Shown piece after piece: positions 26,205-31,658 of a stretch of 35,858 nucleotides of DNA (the first letter of the stretch is position 1; each line of letters opens with the position of its first letter). The stretch covers positions 1 through 35,858 of IMG/VR virus record IMGVR_UViG_3300005893_000001. One strand, given 5' to 3'. The position numbers and the translations under genes were made by a program. This DNA comes from a virus. A model generated the notes under the pieces. It had not been told where the DNA came from and made no database searches. It saw nothing but the letters and a program-made list of their open reading frames with translations.

Positions 26205-26365
26205 AAGCGACAAAGTCTAAGAAGTACAGCATCAAAGACGTAAAGAAAGGCATTAAGCGTGGCGGTGAGCCGGGCTTCTCAATGCAGACAGGCGGACTTG
26301 ATTACGAGAAAGGCGACAAGCCTGCTGGTAAAAAGAAAGTAGCTAAGAAGAAGAAAAAGCGCTAA
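26201..26365 (+). CDS. Small polybasic protein (54 aa)
   Basis: MKATKSKKYSIKDVKKGIKRGGEPGFSMQTGGLDYEKGDKPAGKKKVAKKKKKR. ATGA coupling. Confidence 0.4.
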   Translation: MKATKSKKYSIKDVKKGIKRGGEPGFSMQTGGLDYEKGDKPAGKKKVAKKKKKR

Positions 26366-26526
26366 GGGCTTAAGTCTACTTTCTTACCTGTTTGGCTATA
26401 GATGTAGGTCTCAGCGGCCTGCTCGATGTAGTTATCGTGTCCGAGCCAATAGCCGGAGGCAACACCGACGACGCCAGCGGCAATAGTGCTCCCAATAGTC
26501 CAATAAATAAAGTTACCAGCATTCAT
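26362..26526 (-). CDS. Small membrane protein (54 aa)
   Basis: Strong SD (GGAGGG) then MNAGNFIYWTIGSTIAAGVVGVASGYWLGHDNYIEQAAETYIYSQTGKKVDLSP. One TM helix. Tail-to-tail 4-nt overlap with the plus-strand microgene. Confidence 0.5.
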   Translation of the reverse strand: MNAGNFIYWTIGSTIAAGVVGVASGYWLGHDNYIEQAAETYIYSQTGKKVDLSP

Positions 26527-26650
26527 AGTCCCTCCTGTTGGTAACTTCCACCATATTCATCCAAGACTTTTAAGGCAAATTAGCCCTCTTTGCAAAAAAG
26601 GGCTAAAAGGCTAAGATCAGATTAAGTATTTTTCATTAGTTTTCCTTGGG

Positions 26651-26682
26651 GAAGGGCCGTCGCAACGCGGCCCTTCTTTTTT
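26651..26682 (+). terminator. Strong intrinsic terminator of the rightward late operon (unidirectional)
   Basis: GAAGGGCCG-TCGCAACG-CGGCCCTTC followed by TTTTTT. Read on the minus strand no T-run follows. Confidence 0.75.
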
Positions 26683-27535
26683 ACTTACGAACCCGAATGG
26701 TGAAACGCACTGTTTCAGGGTTGCGGTACTTCTCCAAGTCGATATTCTTAAGCTCTGGAATCTCCTTATAGTTGATAGATCCCAAAGACTTTGACCTAAC
26801 AAAAGAGAGATGCTTTCCGTAGGATTTCTCCTCCACGCAGCGCTCCTCAAATCTCTTGCGGATCTCCTCTTTCTTCTCTTCAAGCGATGAGATTGTATCG
26901 AGAAGAGCCAAGTATTCCAGCTCTAGGCGCTCTGTCTCTTCGTCTGTGAGGAGATTGGTTGGAGGGGTATCATTCATCACGCTTTGCCAGAAAGCCTCTT
27001 CTAGCTCGTTTAAACGCGAAATATAGGCATCGTCGCGTGCTATCAGCATTGAGAATCCTTCCTCGTCAAAACCGTTACGAAACCAGAAATAAAGCACTAC
27101 CGAAGGAGAGCCTGTCACAGCCATTTGATGTTGGCACTGTGCATAGTAGTAGTCAGGAGGTGTTTTAGTCTCCTTAAGCTTATTGTAGCGGTCATATGTG
27201 AAGGGGCATTTTATCTCCACATAGAGGCTCTTATCGGGTGAAACGCCATCAAGAGAGGCCATTTGCCAAGGGCGCTCAGGAGAAAAAACAACATCGGGAA
27301 GCACGAAGCATCCTCTCTCTCTCTCAAAGAAGCGTCTTGCGTCCTCTTCTGAACGCTGTCCATGTTCCATTGCAGCATTCATCTCAGGCTCTGGCCTTCG
27401 ATTCGTTTTGATTTCCCAAAGCTCGTGAAGGGGCATGTATCCACACCCCATGATTACCGCTGCATCAGAGGAACCGACTTTGGTTTTCCTTAGTGCTTTC
27501 CACTCATCAGATCCCTGTTTCATTTGTAACCTCAA
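26681..27535 (-). CDS. YqaJ / lambda-Exo-like recombination exonuclease
   Basis: MKQGSDEWKALRKTKVGSSDAAVIMG...HELWEIKT...EHGQRSEEDAR...ASLDG...VEIKCP is the YqaJ PD-(D/E)XK pattern. The likely start is the ATG at 27523. Confidence 0.85.
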   Translation of the reverse strand: MRLQMKQGSDEWKALRKTKVGSSDAAVIMGCGYMPLHELWEIKTNRRPEPEMNAAMEHGQRSEEDARRFFERERGCFVLPDVVFSPERPWQMASLDGVSPDKSLYVEIKCPFTYDRYNKLKETKTPPDYYYAQCQHQMAVTGSPSVVLYFWFRNGFDEEGFSMLIARDDAYISRLNELEEAFWQSVMNDTPPTNLLTDEETERLELEYLALLDTISSLEEKKEEIRKRFEERCVEEKSYGKHLSFVRSKSLGSINYKEIPELKNIDLEKYRNPETVRFTIRVRK

Positions 27536-28238
27536 CTGTTTCCTTTTGAACCTTAAGAGCTTGCAGATATTTTACCACATTCTCCACGTCTTTAGCAGGG
27601 ATATTATCCAGTGCTTTGTAACGTGTGAGCAGGTTGTCTCTTGCCTTTGTGAACTCTTCGCAAAGTGAGGTAACGAGTGCTAATTGCTCCTCGCCGATCT
27701 TCTCTTCTGGAATCGGCTCAACAGTGATAGCAGGCTCTTTGATCTCTTCTGCTTCATCGGGATCATAGACCACGCTGCTAAGGACATCGGGGAAGTGCAC
27801 TCTTTGCAATAGAGAGATGCAACGAGCAAAGAGCATCTCTTTCGTGTGCTTCTTCCAATTGTCCTTGTTTAGGAGGCCCGCCATCGCTGCTTCGTCGATC
27901 CCGTAGGATACCTCTTCGCCCTTGGTTTCGCCCTTACGGATACCCTTAAGACGGCAAACTTTGTTCGTCCACTCGACAATCTCAACGCGGTGTCCGTGCT
28001 TCCTAATCATGCGATTTCTAGCATCAGCAGAGAGCGTTGGCCTTCCACTAACCAGATAGAGACCCTCCAGAGATTCGATAGGAGATAATCCCATATCGCG
28101 CCCTTTCATCAACAGCATCAGGATTTCCCCTGGCTTTTTACCAGCATGTTGAGGCATCGCCTGAACCAGCTTGGCAAAAGCAGAGAGCTGTTCTACGATC
28201 TGCAAGTCTCGTGTGATAGGTACAAGTTCATTATCCAT
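27507..28238 (-). CDS. recT: RecT/Red-beta-family single-strand annealing protein
   Basis: MGLSPIESLEGLYLVSGRPTLSADARNRMIRKHG ... NWKKHTKEMLFARCISLLQRVHFPDVLSSVVYDPDEAEE parallels the GL.P ... W..hp..ML..+a ... Y..DE pattern of Bet/RecT. Upstream of the exonuclease, as in lambda bet-exo. Confidence 0.7.
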   Translation of the reverse strand: MDNELVPITRDLQIVEQLSAFAKLVQAMPQHAGKKPGEILMLLMKGRDMGLSPIESLEGLYLVSGRPTLSADARNRMIRKHGHRVEIVEWTNKVCRLKGIRKGETKGEEVSYGIDEAAMAGLLNKDNWKKHTKEMLFARCISLLQRVHFPDVLSSVVYDPDEAEEIKEPAITVEPIPEEKIGEEQLALVTSLCEEFTKARDNLLTRYKALDNIPAKDVENVVKYLQALKVQKETVEVTNETGI

Positions 28239-28399
28239 TAGAACGCTCCTTCTTTGATGGCTCTTAATACGCCTACGGCAGCGATGAAATATTTAGCGTC
28301 GCAGTTTAGGATCTCAATTATGTTCTCAGCTTGTACCATCTCCTCTTGAGAGACAGGCTTATCAAGCGCCTTTTCCCTAGCTTCAAAAGTGTATTTCAT
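28238..28399 (-). CDS. Small protein (53 aa) in the position of lambda gam
   Basis: Start chosen at the internal ATG preceded by the conserved leader/SD: MKYTFEAREKALDKPVSQEEMVQAENIIEILNCDAKYFIAAVGVLRAIKEGAF. Confidence 0.5.
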   Translation of the reverse strand: MKYTFEAREKALDKPVSQEEMVQAENIIEILNCDAKYFIAAVGVLRAIKEGAF

Positions 28400-28458
28400 G
28401 TGTAGTCTCCTTGTTTTTGTTATACGATAAGCATAACGAAACCACAGGATTTGCACAA
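28400..28458 (-). promoter_or_regulatory. Conserved promoter/operator/leader module, copy B
   Basis: Minus strand: -35 TTGTGC (28453-28458), 17 nt, -10 TATGCT (28430-28435). Inverted repeat GTTAT-N9-ATAAC (28419-28437). Leader ATAACAAAAACAAGGAGAC. Confidence 0.55.
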
Positions 28459-28473
28459 GCATTTTCTTGTCTA

Positions 28474-28502
28474 TTGCCAAAAAATGTTAGAAATTCTAAT
28501 AT
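28474..28502 (+). promoter_or_regulatory. Candidate rightward promoter giving a leaderless mRNA for the HTH gene
   Basis: TTGCCA (28474-28479), 17 nt, TAATAT (28497-28502). The ATG at 28512 is 9 nt downstream with no SD. Confidence 0.45.
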
Positions 28503-28511
28503 CGTTATGCT

Positions 28512-28925
28512 ATGGGCAGACCTAAAATTGTAAAATCTCCTTTAATGCAGCACTTGGTTGATTTAGACATAACGCTTGATAAATTCGCCAAGAAACATAA
28601 GCTGAACCCCACTACATTCAGACTCGTCTTAGGAGGCCACTACAGGCCATCTAAAGAGCTTCTTAAGCGCATTTTGGAAGCTTATGGGGGTAAGTTCACA
28701 GAGGAACAAGTCCTCAACATATTCAAGAAGCGAAGGAATAAAGACAACATCGTCAAGACCCGCGTTTCTTATTCCGATTACCTCTACCTTCAAAGCGTAG
28801 CCCTTAAAAAATCGACCGATATTTCCTCATTAGTTTATGATGCGATAAACAAAAGCTACCTACGAAAAATGAGGGAATATGACACCCCCAAGCTCACCGC
28901 GAAAAGTAACTCTAAGCGAAAATGA
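28512..28925 (+). CDS. HTH DNA-binding protein (candidate repressor/Cro-like regulator)
   Basis: MGRPKIVKSPLMQHLVDLDITLDKFAKKHKLNPTTFRLVLGGHYRPSKELLKRILEAYGG. First gene of the rightward unit at a divergent promoter region. Confidence 0.6.
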   Translation: MGRPKIVKSPLMQHLVDLDITLDKFAKKHKLNPTTFRLVLGGHYRPSKELLKRILEAYGGKFTEEQVLNIFKKRRNKDNIVKTRVSYSDYLYLQSVALKKSTDISSLVYDAINKSYLRKMREYDTPKLTAKSNSKRK

Positions 28926-29055
28926 TCTCATCTGGAAGATGTACGAAGATGGACTCTCTCCAAAAGAAATTGCAGAGAAGTTTGCCAAGAGAGAACTCAC
29001 CGAAGAGAAAATTCGCGCAATCATCGTCACAATGAAGTTTACATATATCCACTGA
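28879..29055 (+). CDS. Mini HTH protein (58 aa, sigma70-region-4/LuxR-like)
   Basis: Not in the track. MTPPSSPRKVTLSENDLIWKMYEDGLSPKEIAEKFAKRELTEEKIRAIIVTMKFTYIH. Overlaps the 3' end of the upstream gene in another frame. Confidence 0.5.
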   Translation: MTPPSSPRKVTLSENDLIWKMYEDGLSPKEIAEKFAKRELTEEKIRAIIVTMKFTYIH

Positions 29056-29061
29056 TTCGTT

Positions 29062-29364
29062 ATGTTTTTTGACCTAACACTAAACCAGTGGGACAACATG
29101 CATAGAATCCAAACATTGAAAGCGACATATGGCTATACTCAAGAAACACATACCATCATTACGTCAACAGGTTCGCAGAAAAACAGCGTACTATCACAGT
29201 CGGTTACTGAGAAAATCGAAGTCTTGCTTAGTCAAGGATTTTGCGCCTATGATATCTCGCGCGCTCTCAACGTCGCCGTTGACCGCGTACAAAATATCGA
29301 AATCAGCCTAGAGGAAAAAGTATTCAATAAAGCTGTTCTCGGAAAAGTTGACAAAGAAAACTAA
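29062..29364 (+). CDS. Small HTH-like protein (100 aa)
   Basis: SVTEKIEVLLSQGFCAYDISRALNVAVDRVQNIE has the same helix-G-x-helix layout as its neighbours. Confidence 0.5.
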   Translation: MFFDLTLNQWDNMHRIQTLKATYGYTQETHTIITSTGSQKNSVLSQSVTEKIEVLLSQGFCAYDISRALNVAVDRVQNIEISLEEKVFNKAVLGKVDKEN

Positions 29365-29376
29365 AAGGAGCAAGAG

Positions 29377-29721
29377 ATGGATAGATACGAAGAACTCAAA
29401 GAATTCTACAAAAAAGCCTCAGACCCTTTAACGTTCTTCGATTATACACCTATTCTTGTCCTGAAGTTGACGGAGTTCATTTTGGAGGAATTTTCAGAAG
29501 ATAGATTCTTCCAAGAAGAAGAAAACGAAGAGGAAGACGAACCTCACTTCGACTACTTCTTTGAGAAGTTCGAGGCAAAGCTTCCAGATCACAGCTCTAA
29601 GATTTTGCACTTTGGAGATTGTTCAGAGTGCTTTTTAAAAGGATGCAGAGAACTTGAGACGCGCTGCAAAAGATGCGGACGTCTCGTCTGCACATCAACG
29701 CAAAACAAGGAAAAAAAATGA
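29377..29721 (+). CDS. Acidic protein with C-terminal Cys cluster (114 aa)
   Basis: SD AAGGAG. QEEENEEEDEPHFDYFFEKFE, then CSECFLKGC...CKRCGRLVC (zinc-ribbon-like). Confidence 0.55.
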   Translation: MDRYEELKEFYKKASDPLTFFDYTPILVLKLTEFILEEFSEDRFFQEEENEEEDEPHFDYFFEKFEAKLPDHSSKILHFGDCSECFLKGCRELETRCKRCGRLVCTSTQNKEKK

Positions 29722-29918
29722 AACTTTTAGCACTTTTAGCCACATTAAGCCTTCTTAGCGGTTGCGCTCCATTTTCTGGATTCGCAGTAACTAGCGGCAT
29801 CTCTACAGCGAGCTATAAATCCATGGAAGCTGACAACCTTTCTGATAATGGGAAAACGTTCCTAATTATGCAGTTAGACCAGAGATACCAGGCAAAGGAA
29901 ACATCACCAAAAGAGTAA
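29718..29918 (+). CDS. Small lipoprotein (66 aa)
   Basis: ATGA coupling. MKLLALLATLSLLSGCAPF with lipobox LLSGC. Confidence 0.55.
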   Translation: MKLLALLATLSLLSGCAPFSGFAVTSGISTASYKSMEADNLSDNGKTFLIMQLDQRYQAKETSPKE

Positions 29919-29985
29919 ATGCCGTTTTGGCGCATCCGCTGGCTTTCTCGATTTAAAGTCAGCGGGTTAAACATGAGGAGAAGAA

Positions 29986-30069
29986 ATGAAAGAATATGAC
30001 AAATACGTATTATCAGTGGTCGGCGTTATCGTCGCAGTTGCGCTATATGTTTACTTTTTTGTAGTGTGA
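29986..30069 (+). CDS. Micro membrane peptide (27 aa)
   Basis: SD GAGGAG then MKEYDKYVLSVVGVIVAVALYVYFFVV. Confidence 0.35.
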   Translation: MKEYDKYVLSVVGVIVAVALYVYFFVV

Positions 30070-30323
30070 GGAATATGCAACCTGTAAATCGTAGCTATCC
30101 TACAGCGCACTACGAATTGTATGGAGACCTTATGAAAGGTCTTCCTATGAAAGCATGTAGTGAAAAATATACTCTTTCGGAAGCTCAGATAGTAAGTATT
30201 TTTTATAACGTCACTAGAGAGTCGAAGGGGCTTCCTCCTCTCGATCCCAGTCCCCGTATTGTTCGGCCAATGAGCGGAAGAGTTTTTGCAATGGAGTTAC
30301 CTGATGATGATCCCCCCAACTGA
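30066..30323 (+). CDS. Small HTH-like protein
   Basis: KGLPMKACSEKYTLSEAQIVSIFYNV. The alternative start is the ATG at 30075. Confidence 0.5.
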   Translation: MRNMQPVNRSYPTAHYELYGDLMKGLPMKACSEKYTLSEAQIVSIFYNVTRESKGLPPLDPSPRIVRPMSGRVFAMELPDDDPPN

Positions 30324-30510
30324 AGTTGAATGGCGCATTCATCGTGAAGTTTGTGAAAATCATCCAGTTTACCTCATAGCAAAAAACTACTCTCTCACTC
30401 AGGAAAAAGTTATCGAAATTTATTGCAAATGTCTTTCTTGGAGAGAGTCTGAAGAAGGCGAACTCGTCCGAAACTACTCAAACAACCGCCGTAGATACCG
30501 CAGGCATTGA
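30304..30510 (+). CDS. Small HTH-like protein (paralogous motif)
   Basis: GGAG 7 nt upstream of the ATG at 30304. HPVYLIAKNYSLTQEKVIEIYCKC parallels the previous gene. Confidence 0.5.
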   Translation: MMIPPTEVEWRIHREVCENHPVYLIAKNYSLTQEKVIEIYCKCLSWRESEEGELVRNYSNNRRRYRRH

Positions 30511-30770
30511 TGAAAATCTCAAAAAGCTATTTCTTATCATCCGACCATGTCGGAGATAGTCCCCGATCATGTAGATATCGATCATTCGAAGTTTGCTTCA
30601 AAGTCCTTAGATCATCCGATTTAGATTTAGAACTCACATGTGTAGCAAAAGCGTCTAATCTTTCGTTATCGGAAACCCTGAAAATCGCCTCCTTCCTAAG
30701 AAAATGGACGCGCTTCGAAAGCATTCGCAAAGACTACTTCTACAAACTTGAGAACATCCTAAGGCAGTAA
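30507..30770 (+). CDS. Small HTH-like protein (87 aa)
   Basis: ATGA coupling. VAKASNLSLSETLKIASFLRKW. Confidence 0.45.
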   Translation: MMKISKSYFLSSDHVGDSPRSCRYRSFEVCFKVLRSSDLDLELTCVAKASNLSLSETLKIASFLRKWTRFESIRKDYFYKLENILRQ

Positions 30771-30962
30771 TTTGGACATATTTCGGACATTTGGCCATTT
30801 ATTGTCCGATAAGCTGCCAAAAGTGGCCGTATTCCGACGTTTTGGCGGAATATGCTGGATAATACGACGGATTTGGCTGAGTTGTCAGGAAAAACTGGAC
30901 AACTCAAAATCCAGATACTCGCTGAGGGCGAGCAACTGTTCGGTTTTTCCGTACAGTTCAAA
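30771..30962 (+). ncRNA. Structured noncoding tail (possible 3'UTR-derived RNA)
   Basis: Successive hairpins: TCGGACA-N13-TGTCCGA (30783-30809), TATTCCG-N9-CGGAATA (30830-30852), GTTGTC..GACAAC, CTGGA..TCCAG, CTCGC..GCGAG. Seven GGA triplets, plus an eighth in the terminator loop at 30975. The overlapping ORFs (30772..31020 plus strand, 30740..30967 minus strand) have implausible C/W/R-rich composition. Confidence 0.3.
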
Positions 30963-31001
30963 GCCAACTAGTAAGGATGACTTACCAGTTGGCCGTTTCT
31001 T
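30963..31001 (+). terminator. Intrinsic terminator between convergent units
   Basis: GCCAACTAGTAAG-GATGA-CTTACCAGTTGGC (12 bp, one mismatch) followed by CGTTTCTT. Confidence 0.65.
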
Positions 31002-31308
31002 AGAGAAGAACCGTTATTAGTAGTGATCCAGCGACCTTTAAAATTTTAATTGTTGCCGCTGGTAAAAGTTCCGTTAACAATTTTTTAATGATCTTCGCCG
31101 AAAGCCGAGAGACTTTGAAGAAGAATGCATTTTGTCGATCGAGCAGAGCCCTTGAGACTTTGCTAACCACGAGCTCCGTTTTAGATTGAGAGCCCTCTTT
31201 AACGGCTGCTACGACTTTTTGTGCAACCTCTGCGTGCCTTACGACTTCCTCGTGAGGCAAGTTCCCATAAATGGAAACATAGTTATTGTTTGTTATGTTT
31301 GGGGTCAT
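31000..31308 (-). CDS. Hypothetical protein (102 aa) with hydrophobic C-terminus
   Basis: Start chosen at the ATG preceded by TAAGGAGG: MTPNITNNNYVSIYGNLPHEEVVRHAEVAQK...AATIKILKVAGSLLITVLL. Confidence 0.55.
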   Translation of the reverse strand: MTPNITNNNYVSIYGNLPHEEVVRHAEVAQKVVAAVKEGSQSKTELVVSKVSRALLDRQNAFFFKVSRLSAKIIKKLLTELLPAATIKILKVAGSLLITVLL

Positions 31309-31318
31309 CGCGACCTCC

Positions 31319-31342
31319 TTACAGAGCGGTTGTACTCTGTAA
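31319..31342 (-). promoter_or_regulatory. Perfect inverted repeat abutting the SD of the 31308 gene
   Basis: TTACAGAG-N8-CTCTGTAA. On the mRNA the 3' arm is directly followed by GGAGG. Either an operator or a translation-controlling hairpin. Confidence 0.4.
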
Positions 31343-31375
31343 TAATATTTTACCAATTAAATGAATTTCTCGTAA

Positions 31376-31404
31376 TTGATTTAATTCCAGATGCTTGAGA
31401 TACT
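31376..31404 (+). promoter_or_regulatory. Candidate promoter for repeat element R1
   Basis: TTGATT (31376-31381), 17 nt, TGA-GATACT (extended -10, 31399-31404). The predicted start at about 31411 coincides with the first repeat. Confidence 0.35.
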
Positions 31405-31410
31405 TATTGG

Positions 31411-31593
31411 CGCAATGCCCAGCGATGCTGTTCCAACCTATGCGATGCCTAGCTATCCTGTGCGATGCCTAGCCAAGCAATGCGCACCTTAGCATAGCTT
31501 ACCAATGCATATCGGTGCAGACCAATGCAATTCAATGGAGCCGGACAATCGGAACCGGACATAGCCCCTTCAGAAATGAGGGGGCATTTTTTT
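31411..31593 (+). ncRNA. R1: repeat-rich noncoding element ending in an intrinsic terminator (candidate sRNA or protein-binding array)
   Basis: (G/C)C(G/A)ATGC motifs start at 31412, 31422, 31442, 31462, 31477, 31502 and 31522. TGCGATGCCTAGC occurs twice (31441, 31461). ACCAATGCA occurs twice (31501, 31521). There are four GGA in GGAGCCGGACAATCGGAACCGGAC. Terminator is GCCCCT...AGGGGC plus T7 (31564-31593). No plausible ORF. Confidence 0.45.
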
Positions 31594-31594
31594 G

Positions 31595-31623
31595 TTGGCA
31601 TAAATATCCTAACGTTATATCAT
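31595..31623 (+). promoter_or_regulatory. Candidate promoter of the four-gene cassette
   Basis: TTGGCA (31595-31600), 17 nt, TATCAT (31618-31623). The context AACGTTAT(AT)CAT resembles the promoter at 35728-35756. Confidence 0.4.
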
Positions 31624-31658
31624 TGTCCGCAGTCCTTAACAAATAAGGGCAAAGGAAG

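Noticed and set aside
28503-28511. GTTATGCT directly before the ATG at 28512 as the -10 region of the rightward promoter (it is identical to the -10 context of promoter copy B)
   Set aside because: No acceptable -35 lies 16-18 nt upstream, and transcription would then start inside the ORF. TTGCCA-N17-TAATAT fits better. The GTTAT may instead be an operator half-site.
30740-31020. ORFs 30772..31020 (plus strand) and 30740..30967 (minus strand) as protein-coding genes
   Set aside because: Both have C/W/R/S-rich, implausible composition and no SD. The region is dominated by hairpins and ends in a terminator, so it is treated as noncoding structured sequence.
31411-31560. R1/R2 as CRISPR arrays or solitary CRISPR repeats
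   Set aside because: The repeat units are only 7-13 nt with 10-25-nt spacing. There are no 25-40-nt repeats alternating with unique spacers, and no cas gene was confidently recognised.
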